Source: the human T2T-CHM13v2.0 reference genome, Homo sapiens. From it: DNA of 64,000 nucleotides. Every line of letters begins with the position of its first letter. The first letter of the stretch is position 1. A model generated the notes under the pieces. The model did not search any database. It was given only the letters and a program-made list of their open reading frames with translations, and was not told where the DNA came from. The position numbers and the translations under genes were made by a program. Below are positions 27,975-43,318 of this stretch, piece after piece. The stretch lies in assembly GCF_009914755.1 (NCBI RefSeq), contig NC_060926.1; one strand, given 5' to 3'.

Positions 27975-30900
27975 CTAAAAGGAAAAAAAAAAAAAAAGCC
28001 AAAATTGAGGAAAGATGTAGTTTAAAACCTAAATATAATCCTGTGCCTTACTGGTTGGTGTACCTTAGTAACTCTATCTAATATTAATTCATTATTAAAT
28101 AGATGTTGGTCTTATTTGTAGAACACTAAAACCAAAATAAAGTTTCCAGTCTACTGATTTTCTTATCCTGTTCTTTACGTTAATTCAATAAACACAATGA
28201 TAAAACAATCCTGGCTAACCCCAAATTCGTACTTGAATAAGGGAAACTACTACACAGTCATACTAGTGAAATGAACAAAATGCAGCACAAAAACAGAAGT
28301 GCATGAGTTACTGTACCTAGGGATACAAGGTAAAGTATTACAAAGAATGCTTAAACTGGATGAGACAAGAGATTTAAAAAAGAAGGAAGAACATTCCAGT
28401 TACAGGGAACAGCATGAGTAGCAGGAAAATTATCACATTGGCAGAAAATGAGTAGTCACGTACTGGAGTTTCAATTACTGGCAAAGTGAATGTACAAAAA
28501 GAAAAGGCAGAAAAACCTAACTGGAGGTAGCTGTCCAGACAAGAGGTAAAGTGGGTCGGAATTATCTGAGTGTTATGAAGAAAAAAGAATTAAGACGTTT
28601 ATAGGAGTACATCTGGTAGAGAATTAACTGGTAGCAGAAGAGAAGGAAGGGTTTGAAAGGTAGAAGATAAAAATCAAAGATGATCTATGGGAAACAAAAT
28701 GGCCTGTGAAAAGTGAAATGTGGTCAAAAAATGAATCTTGGATTATTAATATTTAAGTAGTAGGTGGGAAAAGAGAAAAACTAAGAAATTAAGAAAGATA
28801 CCAAAGACTGGAAGAGAATCTAAGACAGAGTAGAGATCTAGAAAACAAGGGAACAAAGTTTTAAGAGAGAAGTGAGGTTCAACAATATAAACTACTTTGT
28901 AAAAAGATATATTTGAGAAGAGGCTAATGGCTTTAGAAATTCAAAGATCACCACAGCCCTTTGAGAAAGTACCATCTAAAGAGGCAAGTGACTGCAGTAA
29001 TTAGGGTTGAATGGAAGGTGAGGAACACTGGCATTGAAGAAAAGATTAGATGAAAAAAGAGTAAATTCAGAAGTAGCAGAGCCAAGAAAGGCCTGGAAAA
29101 GATTGTCATAATTTTTCAAAAATCATCTGCATGGAATAAGGATTCTTTTAAAAAAAAAAAAAGCCCAGAAAACTAAGCATTTCTGTATTTTCTAGAGCTG
29201 TAATTATATGTCTTTACTTTGTCCACTCTAAGAAGACCAGATTCAGAAGTAAGTTCTAGTCTACTGGAATAAAATTTTATACTCTCAGGAAATATATTAT
29301 CTTAATTATAGTTCCCACTCCCTTGCTATTGTTTCTAGTCTTCTCTTTGTATTTTAAAGGACTTCTGGTTACTATATCTTTTTCTATCACAAACACGGTA
29401 GAATATCCTTGGAAGTACACAGGGTGAACATAAAAAAAACAAAGTAATACCTTTTGGAAATTAAAAAAAAATTTGTTTAGCTTTTCCAGTTTTAAAATTG
29501 CAATATGGAAGATATGTGGCTAAATATCACAGGCAAACTATAGTCTTGGTTTCTGTAATCTGTAAGTTGTAAAAGTTGATGTGGTAAAATCGGAGCACTT
29601 AGGAAAACTAAAGAAAATCACCTGGGACAAAATTGAAGAAATTTTCTCTGCAAGAATCAATTATTTTTAAAACCTGCATTTGCCTCTCTTTGACATGATG
29701 CTTCAAAGGTTAATCTTCTATACTCCACCTTCCTACTTTATCTCTTTATTTTTTAGTGGTTTGACTCCAATTCCCCCTCTTTCTAAAAGCTATCGCCTTC
29801 TTGCTTCTATAATTACTTATTCTGCTTTTTAAAATGCCTACCTTATCTACATGAGCCATTTAAACAAAAAAAATTGTCTAACCTCGTTCATTATATTTTT
29901 AATTCCATCTTGATTCAAACACTATACTCTATTTGAGGATAAGGCTATTATCAACAACCACATAAGCTACAGTACTTTGGGAGATTTCATTTGAGGAGAA
30001 TAAGGTATGATTCTTTTAAATGTTCTTTTCAAAGGATCCCTCTTATACTGCCATGCTAAGATAGAGTCTACTTTGCTTATTTGACTCATTTGAAGTAGGG
30101 CTAAAACAAACCTTCAAATTAGGCAGGATATCAAGGTTCAATCTTATCCTGAAGATATTTCTTGGATGAGATTCCATGTGTGACCTGTTATCTGTATCAC
30201 TGCTATTGGCTTAATCCTGCCATTCAAAATAGCTTCCTGGATAATCGGCACTAAGAGAAAGAATAGCTCCCTTAATGCAGCTACCACCCTACTCCACAAG
30301 GCAGGGACTCTGACCATGGTGCTGACAGATTTTTCAAGTGAAGCTCATTTTATTCACATACCAAAGACAGGCACAAGATGATCAGGATAGGGGAAGAAAA
30401 TATTAGAACTCAGAGACACAAACACCAGTGATGCTGGTTCTACTTAATGAAACTGACTATTAAGACTATCAAAATGATGACAAGACAGTGCTCACATGCA
30501 GGGGATTTAAGGTCTGCAACAAAAGTCCAGAAAGTAGATTAGTTATGCTACTAACACATGGTTATCATTTTCTAAGTCACGCAGTTATACTTCTTCACCA
30601 GTAACTCCCAGCATCCTCTTTATTTATAGACTCAATTTGAGATGCTCAGAATGCAACACAGTTGGGAAGGAAAGTGGATGAAAAATGGCACAGTGCAACC
30701 TAGACCATGTAGTTACCTTAAGAAGATTAAGTGTGAGCAGGTATGGAAAAAAAAAAAGCCCATGGAAAGTACAGACATTTAAATACTATGAAAGACTACA
30801 TTTGAATCTCTAAAACAGCCAGAAAAACATACTGGTGGAATAAGACAATCAGTTCAGGAGTTGTAGAAGATGAAAGTCTGTGAGGCACTGAAAAGTAGAT

Positions 30901-32496
30901 CTAAAAGCTGAAGATCCAGAGGTCTGGTTCACACCAGACCCCAGTAAAAGGGGACAATGTGGGAGTACCAACTACAAAGAAGGTGCTCCTATAGATGGAA
31001 TCCTATAATTAGAAATAGTATCAAAGACACTTGGTCAGGTAATTGAAATACCCGAGTCTCAGGAAAGATTGAGTGGAAGGGAGGATCCATACCTAATTAT
31101 ATCAAGGCATAATATCTGAATTTTAAAGATAATGTCAGCTATTTTTACATACAATTATGTATAGTTGTATTAAGAAAAAGAACAGGGAATTATTAATCAT
31201 AACAATGGGAAAAAAGTAATATAAAAATATGTAGGCTTTGAGTCCTTTATGTAAAAACAACATATTTAGCATGTATATAAACTCTGCAATGTTGTAGACC
31301 AAGTAATTATTCCATAGTAGAAGAAAGGAGAATTGATATAGTCTTAAGGGAAACTTCCACTGTTTATCATGTATTCTTTTGCACTAATTACATTTTGTTC
31401 AATAAACTTTTATGATATTTTAAAAAAATGAAATGTGTCAAAATACTGCTTACATGAGCAGACTATATTTTATAATCAAACAATAATCATTTAAAGAACA
31501 AACTAAATGCAAAACGCTTCCAATTTAGTATTAGTATTTAAAAATTCACGGTAAAAATACAATCTACCACTATTGCTTTAAAATAAAATGATCCTTTTTA
31601 TAGAGTCAGTGAATATAGACTGTGTAATTCTATTCAAAGATCTAATTATCCTTACCGGTATTTTAACATTATAAATCAGTTTTTCCCAATTCCTTCAGAG
31701 CCAGGGACTCTATATTATTTTCCACTCTCACGAGGCCAATATTTTTTGAGATTCTAGCATAAGGGACTTATTCATTAATGATGTTTTTCAATTATATTAT
31801 TAAATACACACACATATGCATACTTCCTCCTTTCTCTTTGCCAACTGAAACTTTTTGACAGCGTAAGATTAAAATGCTAGTGTGTTGAGAATATTTTAAG
31901 CACAGGTAAATTTATAGTCTCAAAGGTGTGGCAAATCTTTAAAACAACATATGAACCTGCCTTTGTATCTAAGACTCTCAAGTCTCCAGGGACTGTGAGA
32001 TGTGATCACCTATTAGATAATATAACTGGAGGTGCCACAGTCTGTACTGCCTCTTAAGGCCCAACAAAATAAAAGCTGAAGTTGCTAATGAAAACTGGAA
32101 GAAAAAAAATATCCACACATAATAGGTATGAGTCATTAACATTTATTTATCATTATTTACTATTTATTATTATTGCTAAATATGTAAAATATATAAAATA
32201 AAATTATCTAAAATATAAACCACATACAGATAAAACTAAAGCCTCATTAAAGTTTACTTCAAACTAATAACATAAATCCTAAAGCTTAACTGTGATGTTC
32301 TTTTGAGATAGAATTTAGGAGAAATGACATTTCAACTGTCTAAGAAGAAAATTTTTAAAAAGTATATAATTTGTATTACTGCAGCATTATCCTTCAGCAA
32401 TATTAGAAACTTTGTGTTAATTTACTAATTTCTAAAATTTGTGTTTTAATTGCTTTAAATCATATAGCAAGGAACATTTAGCTTTATTGCCTTTTA

Positions 32497-32697
<201 letters not shown>

Positions 32698-33449
32698 CTA
32701 TAAGGAAGATGAATGTTTTTAAAAAAACAAAAACACTGTACCAATGTTAGAGGTATAAGTAAACTATCACCTATAATTAGTAATGTTTAGTCTACAATAC
32801 ATAATTAAACATTTAAAACATTTTATGCAAACTAAATAATCCACCTCCAGGCATTTGCTGGCTTGGTGATGTCATGCCTTTTTCCCACCATGTTACTCTC
32901 AGCTAATCTGTAACATTCCAAGACCCAACATGACTGTTTAAAAAAACTGACAATATTGAATAGCTATATGTCACAATAACACCAAGAGTGTCAATAAGGA
33001 ATTCTGTACATTCTATGAAGAACTGAGATTAAAAAATTAATAGCATGATAGGCAGCAGGAACCAACTTTAGGAGAGGAAAGTGGCAGAAATGCAACATGG
33101 CATTCGTAAGTTATCTTCCGGCTTTTTTTTTTTTATAGTAATGCTTTTAGACTCTATTTGTATTTGTGCTATTTTTCCTTAAAAAGAAATCAGGAATCAA
33201 ATTTACTGTCAAAGAACACTAAAAACCAAAGGATAACTAATATGTACTGCTTGTAAGGACATACGAAGTGTTCTTAAATGAAGAAAATACTTCCACAAAA
33301 CTGATAGGCATTCAAACTATCCAAGACATCAAAAGCACAATAGGTAAGCTGTCTTCCTAAGTCACATATATTGCAGGAATTGTCATTCCTAAATCTCTTT
33401 TTAATAATGAACTTGAGCAATTTTTCAAAATATATTATAGTACACAGCA

Positions 33450-34330
33450 TATTATATATAATATATATAATTTATATTATATATGTATATATACATCTAT
33501 ATATATACAGTATAGTATAATATATATTTATTACTTAAGTTACACTCCAAGGTATACAACCAAGACAAATGAAACCAGATAACCACAAAAAAAGTGTATG
33601 TGAATGTTTGCAGCAGTATTATTTTTAATAGCTTAAGAAATATAAACAACCCAAATGTCCATCAACTGATGAATGGATAAACAAAGTGTGGTATATCTAC
33701 ACAACAGAATATTATTTGGTAATAAAAAGGAATAAAGGGCTGATATATGCTGTAACACAGATCAACTCTGAAAACATGTTAAAGAAGCCAGTCACACAAA
33801 ACTATACGTTGTATGATTCAAAAATTACTAAACAGTCAGAAAGTGGATTAGCAGATTAGTGGTTGCATAGGGCTGGGGAGGGAACAGGGGATTTGGGGTG
33901 ATCACTAAAAGGTACGTGGCTCTTAAACTGTGGTGATAAATGCACAACTCTATGAATAAACAAAAACCCTGTTAATTGTATAATTTAAATGAGTGAGTTG
34001 TATGGTATAAATTACATCTCAATAAAGCTGTTTTAAAAACAGTGACATGATATTTGATGACTTTAAGGAATTACAGCTAATATAACAATTATATTAGGGA
34101 AATATATTTTTAAAGAGCTCTTATCTCCTAAAAATACATTCTAAAATACTTACTGATAAAATGATATAATACCTAGTTTTTGCCTCAAAATAATACAGGA
34201 ATGAAAGGAGATGTTGAGGATAAATAAAATTAGTCTGTAGTAATTGAATCTTGGCAATGAGTGGAGAAGGGAATTCAGGGCTCATTATTTATTCTTTCCT
34301 ATGTATATTGTTGAAATGTTATAAAGATTT
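33450..34330 (+). mobile_element. TA-rich tract followed by old L1MB/L1MC 3'-end fragments
   Basis: caacccaaatgtccatcaactgatgaatggataaac and ctcaataaagctg motifs. Confidence 0.75.
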
Positions 34331-34936
34331 TTAAAAGGGGAGTAGTTTAAGCCCAGAAATATACATCTCCACATCTAGCCAGATGACTCTCATAATACCT
34401 ACGTGAAGAAATCATGATATAGAGGAAAGAATTCAAGTGATCAAAATGGGATCATGGTTAGTTTGGGAAGGTGGACAGGAAAGACTAATAGCCTGAGGTA
34501 GGAGGTGGGAGGGTGAATAAAAAATTTTGAATGTTTTTATGAGGTCAAAGAAAAGTATAGTGCCAGCATGAGAACTAAAAGACAAGAAAGGTTATATTCA
34601 GAGATTCAGATATTGTACATTTATTTTCTATTAAGAAAGAGTTCTAGGTCACCCATATAGGTAGACAGTGGAAGTAATAATCTATACAAGCAACAATTCA
34701 GACCCTAAATTTGGGAATGAAAAGAGATGGAAGTAAATACTGTCTTTGTAGTAGGCAGTAATGACAGAAGTTGGCAATGTGGGCATACAGGAACTAGTAA
34801 AAACAAAACAAAACCAAAAAACAAAAATGGAATTACTCCCAATGGGGAAGAAGATGCTTGCTGGCAAAGTCACTACTCCCTCTATACTTTTGTTCTCTCC
34901 CTATAAACGTGGATACACAGATAAAATTATACTTGA

Positions 34937-35336
<400 letters not shown>

Positions 35337-35780
35337 TTATTTGGTCCGTTATTGGGTCAACAACACTCACCACAGCCACTTCCACCCAAAGGAAGATTTT
35401 TTTTTTTTTGGCAAGAAGGAGGATGCTTCTTTGATCCTTGTCATCGCCTGCTGCTTTTGGCAAGGAGGAATAAAGATATGTGGAGCACCAGCCAGTGATG
35501 TATGAGGGATGTTTATACTAAAGCCATGTATCATAAGCTCTAGAGCACAGGAAAGGAGGGGCAAATGACAGTCACTCTATAGAGAAACAGCACTGGAAGG
35601 AGGACTGTTGAAATATGAATTAGAAAAAAGTTTCACTTTTCTGAAAAAGAAAAAGGGTTGTAGGAAAGGAGATGTGAACATGTAAATGTGCCTGACACAT
35701 CTGCCGAGAATGGAGGGGGAAGAGGATTGCAAGAAAGCTATGGAGGCATGGCAGTCATAGCATGAGAAAAGAGACAACTT

Positions 35781-36174
35781 TGCTATGGTTTGGATATGGT
35801 TTGTCCCCACCAAATCTCATGTTGAAATTTAATTGCCAGTGCAACAGTGGGAAGTCACTGGAGTGGACCCTCATAAATAGATTTAATGCCTTCTTACTGG
35901 AGTGAGTTCTTGTTCTCATGGGGATAGATTAGTTCTTGAGACAGTGAGTTGTTATAAATTGAGGTTCCAACTCCTATCTGGTTCGTTTTTGCACATTTCG
36001 GTTCCCCATTTGACCTTCCACCATGTCATGCAGCATGAAAACCCTTGCAACAAAGCCAGTGCCATGCGCTTGAATTTTTCAGCCTGCAGAACTGTGAGAT
36101 AAATAAACTTCTTTTCTTTAAAAATTACCAAGTCTCAGGTATTATGTTATAGCAACACAAAATGGGCCAAGGCA
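35781..36174 (+). mobile_element. MST-family (MaLR) solo LTR
   Basis: Starts TGCTATGGTTTG; internal cagcctgcagaactgtgag..aataaa; ends in CA after ttatagcaacacaaaatgg. Confidence 0.85.
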
Positions 36175-36807
36175 CTCTTCAATACCAGTTTTATCTGAAT
36201 TCAGTAAGTTAATACTACATGCGTGTAAGAAGGTAAACACAAAAAGGCCTGTACTGCTGTCCAAAGGTACACATGGTTCAATATGTACAGAGCCTTCACA
36301 AGGCAAAGTGATAGTGATATTGAGACTATAGTTAAAATCATTCTAAAATATCCCATGGAATGAAGAAGCCACTATCTACTGTCAGTGCTTGGTAGAATCT
36401 TTTCCATTTCTGGAGATGTGTACTTTGAAAGTTGGAATAGTATTACTTAGAGTTGATTTCAAGCCTTTTCAAAATATGGAAAAAAATCTTAAAATAAAAA
36501 CTATTACCAAGTTTTCTCAAATATTGGTGAGATTTAACCGCCTCATTACTTGATAATGTAGAAATTATATTTATTAGCATAATCTGATTTCATACTTTTT
36601 TCTTCAGTAATTTCACTGGGAGGAGGGAGGTATTCATTAATGGGCTAAGGTAACTACTAAACTGTTTTCCTCAATTTGAGTTGAAAGCAGGATAAATACA
36701 CCAGGCACTGCTGAAACAAAATTTTTAAAATGACCTAAATAAGTGAAAAAAACTAGCAGTGTCAGCAATTAAGCTTGAATTTTAAAATATTATAATCAAT
36801 TTTTTTA

Positions 36808-36996
<189 letters not shown>

Positions 36997-37154
36997 TTAC
37001 ATTAATAAGAAATTATATCCACCTTTCCTAAATTTCCAAACCATTTACTATATTTCAGTTTTTAAAACTCAATTCTGTAAACATTCTGATAGCCTACTTT
37101 GGGTAGGGGATTTACTGATGCATATACGTTCATTCAACAGAAAAAAATTATTCA

Positions 37155-37791
<637 letters not shown>

Positions 37792-38733
37792 CTAGTAGAG
37801 TTTGTTGTTGAAAAATGTCAAAAATCATTTAAATGACTAAAGACTATTATTTTTATAATTACGTAAATATAATTCTTATTTAATGATTATAAAATTGACA
37901 GAGTTTTCTATACCTACACAGAACCAAAACACTTTAAGATTAAAATATAAGGGGAGTCACTAATTAATGAACAAAACTAATGCTTTAAAAGAGAGTTGTT
38001 TATTTAGTAGAAATACAAGGTACATTTCTTGTAGAAATACTTTTTATAAACAAACTTTTAGATTATAAAGTTCAACTAAAGCCACTTAAACTCCCTTGAA
38101 GCACAACTTTTAGCATTTCAACTACAATGCTTTTCATGGGGAAAGTTCCACATCACCCTCTGGTTACATTTTTCTCACTTCAATAATGGAAACAACTTTA
38201 GTAAAAGAATCCCTTTTACCTTAGGCTTAACGCCTTTATATTTGTGTTAAAAAGTGAAACAAATATCTGATAAAAGAAAGACTTATTTCAACAAATAACA
38301 AATACAGTAGCCTAAATGACTTAATACTGGTACAAAACCAAAGGGATTACTCAAAAGTCTAGAAAGAGACTTATGTACTAATATAGAATTTTAGTATTTG
38401 ATAAAATATTGCATTATACATCAGTGGGGAAAATTAGTCTATTCAAAGTCAGATCCCTACTTTACAGGTAAAATCAGAATAAATTCCAAACAAATTATAA
38501 ATTACAAATATATATATATATTAAATAAAAAGATGGATCAATGAATGTTTTTATAATCTGAAGGAGAGAAAAAACTTTCTAGATAAACTTAACTATGTGG
38601 AAAACATAAAACTTTAGATCAGCAGAAAAGTCCAAACCAAACTTAAGGGAAGAGAAAAATAAAACACAAAAATTCCGATAAATAAGCATAACATAAACAT
38701 TACCACAATAGGTCAAAGACCCAACAGGAAATA

Positions 38734-39071
38734 CAGTCGTGTGTCCCTTAATGACAGAGATACGTTCTGAGAAATGTATTGTTAGGTGACTGCATCGTTG
38801 TACAAGCATCCTAACAGTGTACTTACCCAAGCCTAGATGGTATAGCCTACTAGACACCTAGGCTATATGGCATAGCCTATTGCTCCTAGGCTATGAACCT
38901 ATGAGCATGTGATAGTGTAGACAACTGTAACACAATGCGAAGTATTTGTGTATCTAAACATATCTAAACACAGGAAAGGTACAGTAAAAATATGGTTTTA
39001 TAATCTAATAGGACCACTGTCACATATGTGGTCTATCATTGAATTAAAGGTTGTTATGTGGCACATGACTG
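38734..39071 (+). mobile_element. Tigger3a/MER7A DNA transposon
   Basis: TA-CAGTCGTG ... CATGACTG-TA terminal inverted repeats with TA TSD. Confidence 0.88.
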
Positions 39072-39798
39072 TACATAAACCAGGAAATTTCAAAGGTCAA
39101 TAAAAATATGAAATGACAAGCATCACCACTATCAGAATTATGCAAATTAAGTAACCAGAATTATGCAAATTAAAGAACAAAATTATTCAAATTAAACTAA
39201 GAGCTGAAAGTTTTTCTATTATATGGGCAAACATAAAAATAATAATTGTTTTTGAGGTTGTGAAGAAAAAGGTATTATCAAATATTTTTACAAATTAAAC
39301 CTTTAGGGTAGTTTTTAAATGTTAAAGATGGTGCCTTTTAACCCAGAATTCTACCCACAGAAATTTATCCCAGGAAATATCTGGATGATCATCAAAGTAT
39401 CTCTTCTTAATTATAAAAAATTAGAAACAAAAGCCCATAATTGGTGATTAATAAATAGCACCTTATAAAACAAGAACCATAAAAATGATGATGCAGATCA
39501 AAATCTTATTACAAAATAGGTAAAATAATTTTATTGTTGTAAAAAATCACATTTATCTCTATCAATAATATACTGATATAAAGATCAGTATATCATTGAA
39601 TAAAGATAAGAAACCAAATGCTAATTGAGATAATCACTGTTATAGTGGTGGGAATACAGTGAACATTGTATTCTTTTTAATGTTTCTGTATTTTATGAGA
39701 GCTTTTTTTTTTGGCAAAAGCTTGTATTACCTTTATAATCAGGGAAAAAATAAAGTTAAAACAGATCTTCTGAAACGGCTGAATATGTTAATATTTAC

Positions 39799-39847
39799 CT
39801 TTTTTTAAAGCTTCCAGAAGAAATGAAAGGTTTTCAGCAAAGCTTCC
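39799..39847 (-). CDS. ORC4: ORC4 exon 7: GSFAENLSFLLEALKK(G)
   Basis: Acceptor ttcag|GGA and donor AAAG|gtaaat; 49 nt. Confidence 0.95.
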
Positions 39848-41514
39848 CTGAACAACAAAATGAGATAAAATGATTAAAAGTTTAGTGAAATAAAGAACAA
39901 AAGATGGCTGTCTGATTCTCAAATTTTATATAAACACTGTATATCTTCTAGTTATTAGAGTCATTGCCCAGACTCTGCTGAGTGTCTCTATACTTCCTAT
40001 CTAAAACTTAAATACTTAAGCAAAGATGGCACATCACTGAAAATGGCAATTACAATGTCATCTTTGAAATTTTATATTTTAGAACTTGAGGATAAAACGG
40101 TCAAAGAAGAAAAAGAAAAGTAAGAAATTTTATATTTTCCGGAAAAAATCTGAAAGAATGTTAAATTTATTTGAAGGTAGTTTTGTAGAATTGCCATATT
40201 CTAAATATAGTTTGAGACCTAGAAATGGATTCTACTTTGTGTCTTCAAACACAATGGGGTCTTGCAAGTCTCTAATTTGTACTGGTAAAGAAATAACCAT
40301 GAATTTAAATGAGAAACAAAAAGAAAAGGCTTTTTTGAAACATTAGATACTATAACAGTGTTTGTCTATTCAAGAGTATACTGAAGAATTTATGTATATC
40401 ATATCATGTTTGGCTATGTTTACTTGGAATATAGCCAAAACATTTTTGGATACTATTAAATATTCTTGATGAAACTTAGTGTAGTAGATTCATTATCCAG
40501 GTGCTCCAGATTGTGGGTAGAAGCCCCATTAAAATATTTGTTTCATTAAAATTATTAACTTTTACTTCATTCAGAGTTCATAACTAAAAGAAACAGCCAA
40601 CTTTAAATTTGAGGAGATATAAAGGAGAAAAGAAACACACTTATTCACTCTCCAGTTGAGAGATCTAACATAAAAATAGCATAAAGGTTTTAAAACTTTC
40701 ACATATTGTGATGTTGTTATGCTATTTCCAAGGCAGGCAGACCAAGAGGTGTTATCCATAATTTACCGTAATATAACAAATCCTCAAAGAGACAATCTGT
40801 TGGGAAATCAGTGGTCAGTTACTCAAAGGTAGCTTGTCTTTCAGGCTTTTTGCTTAAAAGATTATTACATCTGATACTAAGTATATGCTTCTATAAATAC
40901 GTATTTGTGCATGTATAATATACATATATATGTCTGTTTATATCAAACCAGAAAAGCTGTGGGTTGAATTAAGTGACTTAGGTTCTTATAATGTCCAGGC
41001 TCTGCCATTTTATGACCTTCGGCAACCTAATTATGCTCTCTGAGCAGAAGCCAAATTTATATAATGAAGGAATTAAACTATTAATTTCTATAGCAGTATT
41101 TCTCTATTCAAGAGTACATTGAAGAATTTATGTATATCGTATCATGTTTGGCTATGCTTACTCGGAACACAGCCAAAACATTTTTGGGTACAACTTAAAC
41201 TAATAATCTCTATATATGATAATAATAGCGAAGATTAGAACAGAATGATAAAAAATTGTCATTTTTATTATTTCACATAAAACCAATATGAATATGTAAC
41301 ATTTAAAAATGTCAGAAACACCTACCCAGATCAACTGGGAACCAAAAGCCAAACTGAGCATACTTAACAAGAACTGTCTTTGGCTCAGTATAGGCCACTA
41401 GCTTCAACATCACATTCTAAACAGGAGGTAGAATATTAGATTTATAGATGGGGCATTTTGAAACTGCACTTCAAAGACCTACAGACTTTGGAAGGGACAA
41501 ATTTACTCAACCTT

Positions 41515-41750
41515 TTAGATTAGATTAACATTTTATATTAATATTTTTATAGATTAATATATTATATTAATAATTTAGATTATAATCTATAATTACATAT
41601 AATAAACTATAATTATATATAATCTATTAGATAATTATATAGATATAACCTATTATAGAATTACATAGATTATATAATTATATAATTATATAATTAATAA
41701 TTTTATAGAGTATATAATTATATAATTAATAATTTTATAGATTGATTATT
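41515..41750. repeat. AT-rich low-complexity tract
   Basis: Almost pure A/T with TATAAT-like units. Confidence 0.85.
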
Positions 41751-42707
41751 AAAGAAAGAAACTCATAAATGCTAGGAGTCTTACACAACTATGGCGGTGT
41801 CATTGCAGCACAAAGCACACAGTTCAGAAATTAGAGCGATGCCACCGCATGGTCACCAGTAACCAGAAAATGAAGTTGGAATGTGTATAATCCACTCCAA
41901 CTGCATAAGCAGTATGAGGCTAGGTAATTTCATCATGAAAATTCAGGTAGGTGCAAAATTAAATTATCATGTTTTCCTTAGGCCCTATATATTAGGTGAA
42001 AGGTAAAAGTTTAATACAAGTTTCAAAACATTTCAAGTCAGTTTCTTTTACTGATGTTGTTCACTGCCCTGAGACTATAAGATGATATGATAATGAAGTA
42101 TGAATAAATTTCTGAAAACAGAATAACTGACATTTGTACAGCACATTACCATCCAGCAAATTATTTTTTAAGTTAAATGATGTGTAATGTTTTCTTTCTT
42201 CTTCAAAATAATCCTGTGAAGTATGGATAATAAAATAACGCCCAATTAACATGTAAAGAATCTGAATTCAGAGATACTTGTTAGCTCAGGATTATCAGGC
42301 AGTCAAAGGGTTGTAAGGCATGACTGAAACCCACCTATTGCAGCCTCAAATTTAGCACATTTTCTACTATACACAGGCTACTCAAGTCTCAAAAAAGTAG
42401 AAATAGGCTGCTGGAGCATGGTATTTTTAAAAATGTGTTAATCTATCTCCAGAGATACAGAATCAAAGTATTCACCTTACAGAAAATGAAATAAACTCAG
42501 AATATCTACATAAACTTGGGTTTCTTAGCTATTTTACAGCTACTATAACCTACTATGGAAAAATCCAAGTATTGTAGACTTAATGACTAAATGTATCCTA
42601 TACATTACACATTTTTATGAAAGAATCTCATATATTTCAATTAAGAATTTCTGAACCTCTCCCTACCCTTCCAGAAATATAAAAATATACATGGTATAAA
42701 GACATTA

Positions 42708-42851
<144 letters not shown>

Positions 42852-43207
42852 TTAAAAGTATTTAATTAAAATTAAACATGTATTTGATACAGCAGGTTGT
42901 TTTCCAGTTAAGTAAATCTTCCCAGTCAAAGCCTGTGAGTTCATATCACTTTCTTCTTAAAACTTAGCAATAAAGACATTCGGTAGAATCAAAAAACAAT
43001 CCTCCTTGGGATTAGAATGATTAAAAAAAAAAAAACCAAAAAACCCACAAAAACCAGAGTCCTTCTGCGACTCCTTCATTATTATTATTTTAATTTCTAA
43101 AAATACTGCATATGGTGTGCTAAGTAAAACATGGATCTAGTTTTCAAAATCTAACTATTAAAATGGATTTGAAATATACAAGTCATATAAAAACCCCACA
43201 AAGTTTA

Positions 43208-43318
<111 letters not shown>

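Noticed and set aside
28100-31400. Possible processed pseudogene or RNA gene in ORC4 intron 9
   Set aside because: The part I trial-translated gave no recognisable protein, and I saw no snRNA, snoRNA or tRNA motifs. It is probably decayed L2/L1-type sequence that I cannot resolve by eye.
39800-39806. Coding A7 run in ORC4 exon 7 as an MSI hotspot
   Set aside because: Only 7 nt long in an essential gene; nothing in the sequence supports recurrent mutation.
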